A stretch of 64,000 nt of DNA from assembly GCA_031416315.1 (NCBI GenBank), contig JANOTL010000061.1, positions 1 through 64,000 on the forward strand, in the 5' to 3' direction. Below, piece after piece: positions 38,770 through 47,256 of the stretch. The DNA is from Pseudomonadota bacterium. Its GTDB lineage: Bacteria > Bdellovibrionota_B > Oligoflexia > Oligoflexales > CAIYRB01. Position 1 is the first letter of the stretch, and each line of letters begins with the position of its first letter. A program made the translations under genes and the position numbers. The notes below the pieces were generated by a model. It saw only the letters and a list, made by a program, of their open reading frames with translations. It ran no database searches and had not been told where the DNA came from.

Positions 38770-41106
38770 TTGCGGTTTTTCTGCGCCGTTCTCTTCGTCG
38801 TCACGTCGTCGCTCGCGCACGCTCAAGGGAGCGACACGCTCGTCGACCTCATGCACAAGCTGAAAGCCACGGAGTCGGAGGGGCATGAAAAACGCCTGGC
38901 CGCGCTCTACGAGGCCTTCGCGAGCTCCACCGCCGCTGGCGATCGCAAGCTCTTGTCGCTCGCGCTTGGGGTTCACAATATTGAGCCAAATCCACGTCTT
39001 GCGCTGCAATATCTGTCGTCGGCGGAGCTCTCCTGCAAGGACGACGACCCGCTGCTTTCGATCGTCCGCTATTACAAAGCGGAGGCGCAGTTCGACCTTG
39101 GCGCCTTCGCCGACGCCGCGCGCATCGCGCAAGGGCTCTTAAACAAGGAGCTCGGAGACGCCTGGGACAAGAAGATCTACAACATCCTGATCGAGAGCTA
39201 CCACGAAGGAGAGGAGCGTGAATCGCTGCTTTCCGCCTTCCAAGCCTTCGGCAAGCGTTTCTCCTTCTCGAAGCGTCAGGAGCGCCTGGCCCGCCTTGCC
39301 GCCGAGGCCCTCGCGCGTCAGGGCAAAAACGAGCAGGAGATCGAGCTGCTCGAGGAGATCTCGCGCAGCTATCCGACAAGCGAGGATTCGCGCTGGGCCT
39401 TCCATCGTCTCCTCGACATGGGCTGCGAGAAAAATCCGACGCCTTACCGCTTCTCCCGGGACCTCCTCGTGCGCCTTGGCCGCAACTCGATGCTCAACAC
39501 GGGGCTCACCGAGACCTTCGTCGGCCTCGCCTTTCAACCCCTGAAGTTCTCGCCGACCATGACGCGCCACCTCACTCAGTCGGAGCGCGCCGACTTCTTT
39601 TTCGACACGCGCCAGTACGACTTCGCCCTGCGCGAGACCAAAGAGCTGCTCGAAGCCGAGGAGGGGCGCGCCGATTCGAAGGAGCTGCCGCGCCTCCTCG
39701 TCGACGTGGGCCGCATTCACATGCGCATGATGCAGCCGGAGCCCGCGTCGCGCGTCTTCGCCCGGTTTCTCGAGCTCTACCCGAATCACGCGCTCGCTCC
39801 GCGCGTCCAGGAGCTGCTCGGCGACGCGATGCGTTACCTCGGTCTTCCGCGGGCCGCTTCCGAGCTCTATGCGCTCGCCGCCACCAAGAAGGACTCGAAG
39901 CTTCTGCGCTGGCACCAGTTCTGGGCCACGTACCGCTCCGGCGACTACGCCAACGCGTTGCGCCACCTCGCGCTTCCCGGCCTCTTCGGCGCCCGCGACG
40001 GTGACGACGGGGTGCTCGTCGCCTACTGGAAGGGGAAGATCAACGAGAAGCTCGGGAAGAAAGCCGAAGCCAAAGCGGCTTACATGACCGTCCTCTCCTC
40101 AGACGCCGACGGCTACTACGGCAATCTCGTCGCCGCAGCCCATCCCGAATGGACGAGCGAGACGCCGACCGTCCCCGTCGCCGTCGCCGGCCGACGTGAG
40201 AAAGACGAGAAGATCGAAAAGGGCGGCGGCCTCCGCCTCGCCGCGAAGCTCCTCATCCGCAGCGCCGCGCCGATCGCGGAAGCTGCGCCGAGTTCCGCCA
40301 GCGTGCCGCCGGCGCAGCCCGAGCTGCGTCTCGTCGACGATCTTCTGGCCGTGGGCCTTCGCGAAGCCGCGACCATCCAGCTCGCCGGCCTTAGCTGGAA
40401 CAACTACTCACAGGAAGAAGCCTTCGCGGCCGTCAGCCGCCTCGCCTGGGCCTTGGGCGACTATATGCCGAGCCGCAAGATCCGCTTCTCCCCGATCTCG
40501 AGCCTCCGCTTCGTGCCACGAGGCTGGAAAGACTACGCCGCCCACCTTCGCGACAATTCCGACGAGTGGAAGGTCCACTACCCCGTCGCCTTCGAGCAGA
40601 CCGTGCGCCCCGTCGCCGAGAAAGTCGGAATTGACCCCTACTTGATCCTCTCGGTCATGCGGGCCGAGAGCTACTACAACCGCGACGCACGCTCTCCCGT
40701 CGGCGCCACCGGATTGATGCAGCTCATGCCTTATACCGCGCTGAAGCTCGCGTCCTTGAATCACCACGGCGACTTCGAGGTCGGCGCGCTCGACGACCCG
40801 CAGACGAACATCAGCTACGGCGGTTTCTATCTCGCCAAGCTCGTGAAGTATTACAGCGGAAATCTCTACCTTGCCGCCGCGGCCTACAACGGCGGCCCGA
40901 GCAACGTGAACTTCTGGCTCGACGCCTGCAAAGGCTGCACGACCGACGAGTTCGTCGAGGCGATCCCGTTCCGCGAGACGCGCGGCTATGTGCGCAAGGT
41001 GATGGCGAACTACGCCCACTACCAGCGCCTGTATGAAGGCAAGACGACGCTTGCTGAGCTGCCAGCCTTGCCGACGACGCTGCCGGTCGGCGAAGAGATC
41101 TTCTAG
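38770..41106 (+). CDS. Soluble lytic transglycosylase (Slt70-like) with TPR superhelix
   Basis: Signal peptide; MRAES, GLMQLMP.TA, AAYNGG, IPFRETRGYV. Confidence 0.9.
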   Translation: MRFFCAVLFVVTSSLAHAQGSDTLVDLMHKLKATESEGHEKRLAALYEAFASSTAAGDRKLLSLALGVHNIEPNPRLALQYLSSAELSCKDDDPLLSIVRYYKAEAQFDLGAFADAARIAQGLLNKELGDAWDKKIYNILIESYHEGEERESLLSAFQAFGKRFSFSKRQERLARLAAEALARQGKNEQEIELLEEISRSYPTSEDSRWAFHRLLDMGCEKNPTPYRFSRDLLVRLGRNSMLNTGLTETFVGLAFQPLKFSPTMTRHLTQSERADFFFDTRQYDFALRETKELLEAEEGRADSKELPRLLVDVGRIHMRMMQPEPASRVFARFLELYPNHALAPRVQELLGDAMRYLGLPRAASELYALAATKKDSKLLRWHQFWATYRSGDYANALRHLALPGLFGARDGDDGVLVAYWKGKINEKLGKKAEAKAAYMTVLSSDADGYYGNLVAAAHPEWTSETPTVPVAVAGRREKDEKIEKGGGLRLAAKLLIRSAAPIAEAAPSSASVPPAQPELRLVDDLLAVGLREAATIQLAGLSWNNYSQEEAFAAVSRLAWALGDYMPSRKIRFSPISSLRFVPRGWKDYAAHLRDNSDEWKVHYPVAFEQTVRPVAEKVGIDPYLILSVMRAESYYNRDARSPVGATGLMQLMPYTALKLASLNHHGDFEVGALDDPQTNISYGGFYLAKLVKYYSGNLYLAAAAYNGGPSNVNFWLDACKGCTTDEFVEAIPFRETRGYVRKVMANYAHYQRLYEGKTTLAELPALPTTLPVGEEIF

Positions 41107-41236
41107 CATGGGCGGCAAGGCTTGCCCGGCACGAAACGCCTGCTAGTCAACGCGTTGACGGACTACAAGGCGTCGAATCCTCGGTGTTAAGATCGATCAT
41201 GAATCTGCCATGATGATTGCACCGGGGTTTTTTCCG

Positions 41237-41872
41237 ATGGCCGAACAGTGGCTCTCGATCGTCGAATACGCCCGCACCTTCAAGGTCTCCGACATGACGG
41301 TGCGCCGCCGGATCAAGACCGGCAAGCTTCACGCCGTCCTGAAGGAAGGGAAGTACTTCATCCCGATCCCGGGTGAAGGTCATGCCGCACGCGCGCCGAA
41401 GGCGACGACGCAGCCGGTGATGAAGGCGCATCCGTCGCCGCATCGCACGTTCGAGGCGGCGTCGCGGCAGCAGCACCAGCCGCAAATGCAGCAGCACCAG
41501 CCGCAGGTGCATCAACCTCAGGTGCACCAGCCGCAGATGCATCAGCATGCGTCGCAGCCCGTCTTCGACGAAGCCGCATTCGACGACTTCGAGGACGCGA
41601 CGCAGATTCCCGCCGCCGTCCGCCGCAGCTTCGCCTCCCACGACGTCGCCACCGTCGAGGCCCGTGCGCTGCTGGCTTTCTGCGACGCCGCCCTGAAGAA
41701 GGCCAGCGACGGCGAGCGCCGCAGCGTCGAGCGCTTCAAAGCCAAGCTCGAAGCCCTCGAGGCGCAGGTCAGCCTAAAAGACCTGGAAATCAAGTCGTTG
41801 AAGCAGGCAATGGAAGACCTTCAGCTGCTCGTCCGGGTCATGGAGAAGAAGAACAGGCACGCGTCGCCGTAA
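41237..41872 (+). CDS. HTH DNA-binding protein with Q/H/P-rich linker and C-terminal coiled coil
   Basis: WLSIVEYARTFKVSDMTVRRRIKTGKL (excisionase/MerR-like HTH); heptad C-terminus. Confidence 0.75.
   Translation: MAEQWLSIVEYARTFKVSDMTVRRRIKTGKLHAVLKEGKYFIPIPGEGHAARAPKATTQPVMKAHPSPHRTFEAASRQQHQPQMQQHQPQVHQPQVHQPQMHQHASQPVFDEAAFDDFEDATQIPAAVRRSFASHDVATVEARALLAFCDAALKKASDGERRSVERFKAKLEALEAQVSLKDLEIKSLKQAMEDLQLLVRVMEKKNRHASP
41471..41545 (+). repeat. Degenerate 15-nt coding repeat (HQPQ[VM])
   Basis: CACCAGCCGCAG-type units repeated about four times. Confidence 0.7.
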
Positions 41873-42912
41873 CTGAAGAGGCGGTATCGCTCGCGCACCG
41901 CCTCGGCGTACGTCTCCTGCGCGCTCTCGAGCCCGATCAGCGCAGCGATGAGCATGAAGAGCGTCGACTTCGGTTGGTGGAAGTTGGTGATCAAGCCGTC
42001 GGCGATCTGCGGCACGAAGCGCTCCTCCGCCGTGCGCGGATGCACGTAGAGCCTCGTTTCGTGCCATTGGTCGGCGTTCGCGCGCCAATCCGGCCCGAGC
42101 GCCGCCAACTGCTCGAGCGAGCGAAAGCTCGTCGTTCCGACCGGGATCACCGGGCGTCCCTCGCGCTTCGCCCGCACGATCGCGTCGACCGTCGTTCGAG
42201 GCACGCAGAAGGGCTCCGCGTGCATCTGATGCGCGTCGGGATCGTCGGTCTTCACCGGGAGAAAAGTCCCGGCCCCGACGTGCAGCGCCAGAAACCGGGT
42301 CTCGATGCCCTTCGCACGGAGCTCGCCCAGGAGCCGCTCCGAGAAGTGCAACCCCGCCGTCGGCGCCGCCACTGAGCCGCGCTCACTCGCGTACACCGTC
42401 TGATACCGGAGACGGTCCCGAGACACCCCCGCCGGCTCGATCGTCTCTCGCTTGATGTAAGGCGGAAGCGGGATGATCCCTTCACGGTCCAGAAACTCGT
42501 ACAGCGCCGCGTCGTCGACGTCGAACGAGACGATCACGGCCGCCTCCTCGCGCGCCACAACCGTTGCCGAGATCGCGCCCAGTGAGACCTTCGTCCCTAC
42601 CTTGAGCTTCTTCATCGGCCGCGCGAGCGCCCGCCACGCCCGCTCGCCGGCACGCTCTAGCAGGAAGATCTCGACCCCGCCGCCCGTGGTTAGGCTCGCG
42701 CGCATCCGGCTCGGGAAGACCCGTGAATCATTGAAAATGAGCAGCGCTCCGGGCGGGATCTCTGAGGTAAGATCCAGGATGCGCCGGTGCGACCGCTTGC
42801 CGTCGGAGGTCCGCACCAGAAGGCGCGCGCCGTCGCGATCCGCGGGCGGCTCCTGAGCGACGAGGTCCTCCGGGTGCGCGTAGTCGAAGTCAGCCAAGGT
42901 CAAACGTCGCAC
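41821..42912 (-). CDS. queA: S-adenosylmethionine:tRNA ribosyltransferase-isomerase
   Basis: FDY, PLPPYI, YQTVYA, AAPTAGLHF, HVGAGTF, VGTT, TNFHQPKSTL, FSYGD. Confidence 0.95.
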   Translation of the reverse strand: MRRLTLADFDYAHPEDLVAQEPPADRDGARLLVRTSDGKRSHRRILDLTSEIPPGALLIFNDSRVFPSRMRASLTTGGGVEIFLLERAGERAWRALARPMKKLKVGTKVSLGAISATVVAREEAAVIVSFDVDDAALYEFLDREGIIPLPPYIKRETIEPAGVSRDRLRYQTVYASERGSVAAPTAGLHFSERLLGELRAKGIETRFLALHVGAGTFLPVKTDDPDAHQMHAEPFCVPRTTVDAIVRAKREGRPVIPVGTTSFRSLEQLAALGPDWRANADQWHETRLYVHPRTAEERFVPQIADGLITNFHQPKSTLFMLIAALIGLESAQETYAEAVRERYRLFSYGDACLFFFSMTRTSS

Positions 42913-42948
42913 CGGTCCCCCTCGTCATGGCGCCGGTCGTATATCGTC

Positions 42949-44208
42949 TTGGCCTTGGTGTTGTCGAGCCTCATGCTCGAAGCCCCCGCCCTGGCTTGCC
43001 CAGCCCTCATTTTCCTGCCGGATTTGAAGCCCATGCCCCTCGGCGTGCGCTCGGGGATGCGACTCTACGTCAAGGACCCGAGCTTCGCCGGCGGCTTCCG
43101 CCCAGCGCCCCTGCAGATTGACCCCATCGACAAAGACGGCCACATCAAGTTCAACGAAGACAAGCGATACGACGACAAGGAAATCGACGCCTGGGACATG
43201 CTCACCTTCCGTACCGAGGAGTTCGGCCAGCGCCTCGACGCGAAGAAGGAGAAGCTCCCCTGCCGTGGCGCGACGACCTATGAGCTGCGGGATCCGGCGA
43301 CCAATCGCTACGCCTACCTCACGAACTGCGGGAAGATCGCCGCCGCCTCGCCGCTTTTCGCCGCTAGCGTCCGCTTCGCCGAGGAGCAGCACTTTCTCGA
43401 GAGCGGGATCTACCGCTATCGCTTCAATCCCTCGAATTACATGCAGTTTCAGGGGATCAGCTTCCGCAACACCGCGCAAAGCACCTGGGACACCATCGCC
43501 GAGCGTTCGAAGCTCATGATCCGCGCCGACGTGAAGAACTTCTTCAGCATGAACTTCGACGCCGACGAGATCGAGTCGCAGCTCGAGGCGAAACGCTTGG
43601 GGCCCGTAGCCAATCTGGCCCGCCTCTCGTTTTTCCTGAAGATCCTGCTTTTCAAGATCCGCATGAGCCTGGCGACTGACGTCGCCTTTTACACCGACTC
43701 TAGCCACATCCCGATGATGGTGAACATCCCGGTCGACGCTCACAAGTACCTAAACCCGGCGAGCGGCATCATCTACACATGGATCCTCGCGCCTGCCGCC
43801 CTCAATGCGCCGCGCCGCATCTCGATGCCGACCTTGAATCCGGACGAGGTGAAGAAAGGCTGGAAAGAGCTCGCGAAGATCGGCCTGAAATCCTGCGTCA
43901 AGGAATTCTGCAGCTACCGCTACACCGTCGACATCGGCGGCAAGATGCTGTCGATGGACTTGGGCCTCGAACGCAAGCTCGTCGAGCGCGGTTTCTTCCC
44001 GATCTACATCGAGGACGCGGCGAAGCACAAAGAAGCGATGGGCTGGGAGCTGGAGCCGGATTCGAAGGGCGACGTGCGCACAGGCATCTACTTCGAGGTC
44101 TCGGGCCTATCATCCGGCGGACATCCGTGGGATTTTTGGCTACGCCTCGGCAACGCCGCGGTCGGCGACGCCATGTGTCCCGTGCCCCTCGATATGGTCA
44201 AAATTTAG
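42949..44208 (+). CDS. Exported hypothetical protein (start uncertain)
   Basis: Long ORF with genome-typical codon use and a hydrophobic leader ending PALA. The track's 42787 start overlaps queA and is unlikely. Confidence 0.65.
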   Translation: MALVLSSLMLEAPALACPALIFLPDLKPMPLGVRSGMRLYVKDPSFAGGFRPAPLQIDPIDKDGHIKFNEDKRYDDKEIDAWDMLTFRTEEFGQRLDAKKEKLPCRGATTYELRDPATNRYAYLTNCGKIAAASPLFAASVRFAEEQHFLESGIYRYRFNPSNYMQFQGISFRNTAQSTWDTIAERSKLMIRADVKNFFSMNFDADEIESQLEAKRLGPVANLARLSFFLKILLFKIRMSLATDVAFYTDSSHIPMMVNIPVDAHKYLNPASGIIYTWILAPAALNAPRRISMPTLNPDEVKKGWKELAKIGLKSCVKEFCSYRYTVDIGGKMLSMDLGLERKLVERGFFPIYIEDAAKHKEAMGWELEPDSKGDVRTGIYFEVSGLSSGGHPWDFWLRLGNAAVGDAMCPVPLDMVKI

Positions 44209-44209
44209 C

Positions 44210-44244
44210 TAAAGCGCGGAAATGCTTATGCCGATAAGCATTTC
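44210..44244 (+). promoter_or_regulatory. Putative sigma28 promoter overlapped by an 11-bp inverted repeat
   Basis: TAAA-N16-GCCGATAA; GAAATGCTTAT-gccg-ATAAGCATTTC ends immediately before ATG 44245. Confidence 0.55.
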
Positions 44245-45033
44245 ATGGCGAGCAACCACACGCTTCCTTTGATCCTACTGTTCGTCGTCGCCTGCAGCGA
44301 CGGCTCGAGTTTGACCGGCAATAGCGCCTCGAGCGCGAAATCGACGAAGAAAAAGGTCGAGACTTCGGCCGAAGTCGAGAAGACGCCGCCCGGCGACGAA
44401 GACAAAGACGAAGGTAAGGGCTCGCCCGCGGCTTCCGGGTCCACCTCAGGCTCCGGCTCCAAGGTACAAACCGAGACGCGAACGCTCCGGATCGACGCGG
44501 CCGCCACGGCTTTCGTCGGCGCGACGCTCGAGCTCAAAGCCTTTCTGATCGACGGAAAGACCGAGACCGAGATCTCGAAAAAGGTCGAATGGACCTGGCC
44601 CGAAGGTTTCGTATTCGAGCGCTTCGAAACTGCGAAAGAAAGTGTTACCGGGGCGTTGTTTCGCGGTGGACTGGCGGGGGCCTTCAAGGTCGTTGCCAAC
44701 TACGACGGCATCGAAAGCCCACCTCATGAAGTCGTTTTTGCCGACGAGGCCGTTCCTGTCGTAGCTCCTGCAGCTCAGACGCCGAACCCGCCGGCGGCGC
44801 CTCACGTCGCGTTCGAAGCTGTCGTCTCGGTCTGTAGCGGGCAGACCAACCTGGCCGCCGCGGCGCAGGACGTCCTGTCGCGGCCACTCGCGAGCTTTCA
44901 GCAGTACTGCGATAAGATCCGCCCTGGTTACGTCATAGCCGCCTTCGGAATGGCCCAGGCTTGCTATGTCAGCGAAATCGCGCTCGATTGCGACCAACTG
45001 ACCCTGTGCAGAATGACGGTCAACTGCCAGTAA
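44245..45033 (+). CDS. Hypothetical lipoprotein with Ig-like middle and Cys-rich C-terminal domain
   Basis: Lipobox FVVAC; low-complexity linker; six Cys in the last ~70 aa. Confidence 0.7.
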   Translation: MASNHTLPLILLFVVACSDGSSLTGNSASSAKSTKKKVETSAEVEKTPPGDEDKDEGKGSPAASGSTSGSGSKVQTETRTLRIDAAATAFVGATLELKAFLIDGKTETEISKKVEWTWPEGFVFERFETAKESVTGALFRGGLAGAFKVVANYDGIESPPHEVVFADEAVPVVAPAAQTPNPPAAPHVAFEAVVSVCSGQTNLAAAAQDVLSRPLASFQQYCDKIRPGYVIAAFGMAQACYVSEIALDCDQLTLCRMTVNCQ

Positions 45034-45044
45034 ATTGCCCAGCG

Positions 45045-45434
45045 TTACTTCGGCGGCTGACACTCGACCGAAGTCAGTGACACGGCCACGCAGTCGGCGC
45101 CCGATTTATCGGTGATCGACTTCAGGCACGTCTGCGACCACTCCACCGGCACGCGCGCCGGCAGCTTGAAATCGGCGCCGGTCTCAGGCCCCATCGCTTT
45201 CAGGCACTCCGCCTCGGCGCCCTTCGGATCGTTCGGCCGCTGCGTCGCTTCGAGGCACTTCGCATCGCGGAAGAGCCCGCAATACGCCTTCCGGACGGAA
45301 GCCAGATGCGCGCTCGACTTGATCGTGCTCGGCTTCGTGCGCATCGTCCCGCCCTTGCCCCCAGGCTTTGCCGCCCGCGCGTAAGCCGGCGCCGCCGTCG
45401 CCAATACCAGTAGCAATGCGGCGCTCCGCAGCAT
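45045..45434 (-). CDS. Small secreted Cys-rich protein
   Basis: Signal peptide ending AYA; six Cys; start overlaps the stop of the MpaA-like gene. Confidence 0.6.
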   Translation of the reverse strand: MLRSAALLLVLATAAPAYARAAKPGGKGGTMRTKPSTIKSSAHLASVRKAYCGLFRDAKCLEATQRPNDPKGAEAECLKAMGPETGADFKLPARVPVEWSQTCLKSITDKSGADCVAVSLTSVECQPPK

Positions 45435-46510
45435 CAAATCGTCCGCTTCTTCATCGGTCCGTACACCGCGGAGAATGGCGGTGCGTCGTGAGTCTCGATC
45501 ACATCAGGCGTCAGCGAGTATGGATAGTGAATCGACTGCATGATTCCCGGGAGAAACTGCTTCCAGTACGTGTCGACCTTCTTCGGGTCCGTCGTCTCGA
45601 ATTCGAGCGTGACGGTCGGGATGTGCCGCTCATTGCCCGCGTAATTGCCGAGCGAGCCGGGGAAGAAGTTGTAGTCGACGACCTTATAGTTGTCTGCTTT
45701 CTCCGAGATGCTGGTCACGAGCCGCCGCGCCTTCTCCTGCGTCGGGGAGAGCCGCGTTACCTTTTGATCTCCCGGCCCGTCGTAGTCCAGGAAACCCAGC
45801 GGCGCATGCACGGACAGGATCTTGTCTGGCCGATAGTCGTCGATGAGCTGGATCTGGAAGATCGTCTCCACCTCCGAGTTCGGCACGTAACCCGGGAAGT
45901 GCTTCGGCGAACGCTCGCGCAGGTCCTGCCAGTACTTCTTCGCCTTCTGGTACCAGTCGAACGTGAAGAAGTTGCGATTCAAGTCGACGCCGCTGCCGTT
46001 CGTCCGCGTCGGCTGGTCCTTCAGGAAGCCGTCGGGATTGACCAGGGGGGCCACGATGACGCGGACGTCTTGGCCCGCGACGCCGGCGTTCTCGGCGAGG
46101 TGCCGCGCGATGCGGAAGGCGATCGGGACGGGCGTCAGCTCGTCGGGATGCACGCCGCCAAGGAGCAGCGTCGTCGCCTTGCCGCTACCGAATTCGGCGT
46201 AGATCAGCGGCCGGCCGCCGCGCGTCTTCAGATCCGCGCGCCACGCGACGCCGTCGCACGGCTTGTCGCTCCAGCCCCAGTGCTTGAACTGCGCTTCGAC
46301 GTCGGCGCAGAACGTGGCGATCGCCTTCTTCTGGTCCGCATCGGCGATCGACGCGGCGCGAAAGTTCGCGGGCGACACGTAGGGAATGGGCGCGAAGGCG
46401 TCATCGAGCGGGCGCCTCGCTCGGACGAGCTTGGCTTCCGCCCGCGGAATTCCCACGACGGTGAGGCCGAGCGCCGCCACCAGACTCAGAATTCCAAAGC
46501 TCAGCCGCAC
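45434..46510 (-). CDS. M14 zinc carboxypeptidase, murein peptide amidase A (MpaA)-like, exported
   Basis: HPDE, NPDG, VDLNRNF, SEVET, SVH, PGSLGNY, TLE; N-terminal signal peptide. Confidence 0.85.
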   Translation of the reverse strand: MRLSFGILSLVAALGLTVVGIPRAEAKLVRARRPLDDAFAPIPYVSPANFRAASIADADQKKAIATFCADVEAQFKHWGWSDKPCDGVAWRADLKTRGGRPLIYAEFGSGKATTLLLGGVHPDELTPVPIAFRIARHLAENAGVAGQDVRVIVAPLVNPDGFLKDQPTRTNGSGVDLNRNFFTFDWYQKAKKYWQDLRERSPKHFPGYVPNSEVETIFQIQLIDDYRPDKILSVHAPLGFLDYDGPGDQKVTRLSPTQEKARRLVTSISEKADNYKVVDYNFFPGSLGNYAGNERHIPTVTLEFETTDPKKVDTYWKQFLPGIMQSIHYPYSLTPDVIETHDAPPFSAVYGPMKKRTI

Positions 46511-46530
46511 TCGCTCGTCCTCGTCGTCGA

Positions 46531-47154
46531 TCAGGCCGCCGATTCGGAGTCCGGCGGGGGCAAGGCCGGCCGTGGTCCCGGTCTATGCCGCTTGGCATAG
46601 TACTCGACGCCTTCTCGATCATAACAGTGGCCGCAGTAGATCGAGTACGTCAGGCGATCGCGGAGGTACCAGCGGTTTTTGCAGTTAGGGCAAATATACA
46701 CGTATTTGCCCTCCGGAGCGAGCCGGGTATGGATGTGGACGTCGGGATCGACCGGGAGGCTCGTCCACTCGAACTCGCGCATTTTCTTGTAGAAACGCGC
46801 CGTATGGCCCGGGTCCAGCAGGCAGTCGTACAGCCAGATGTGCGTCATCTCGTGGAAGAGCGTGTACGGGAGGAGCGAGGGGTCATTGGCGAAGTACGTC
46901 AGGTTGAGCCGGATCTTGTGCTCGAAGAGGTAGGCGAGCCCGAGCTTCTGGCGCATGCGCGCCGTGAATTCGATCTCGACGCCGGCCTCGATCGAGCCTT
47001 CGGCCTGATCCTGGAAGAACGGCAGGAAGCGGAGGTAGTAGTCGTACGCGAGCGCGACGAGCTGCTCCTTCGAGATCGGCTTTTTCCGACCGCGACGCGG
47101 TTTTTCGATCAGCGGATGCAACCAGTTGCTGCTGTCGTTCGCGATCAAATGCAT
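46531..47154 (-). CDS. SprT-like zinc metalloprotease with Zn ribbon
   Basis: TLFHEMTH, GH..F, CPNC...CGHC. Confidence 0.85.
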   Translation of the reverse strand: MHLIANDSSNWLHPLIEKPRRGRKKPISKEQLVALAYDYYLRFLPFFQDQAEGSIEAGVEIEFTARMRQKLGLAYLFEHKIRLNLTYFANDPSLLPYTLFHEMTHIWLYDCLLDPGHTARFYKKMREFEWTSLPVDPDVHIHTRLAPEGKYVYICPNCKNRWYLRDRLTYSIYCGHCYDREGVEYYAKRHRPGPRPALPPPDSESAA

Positions 47155-47256
47155 GAAGCAGTAGACTCCAAACGTGGGCCGAAGCGCGCGCAGGGGAGAA
47201 GAAGATACGGCAATGGAAGGGGAAGCGTTCCCCGATCATAGCACGGCGGAACGCGC

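Noticed and set aside
41237..41872. Prophage excisionase or mobile element
   Set aside because: No integrase, att-like repeats or phage genes nearby; flanked by housekeeping genes.
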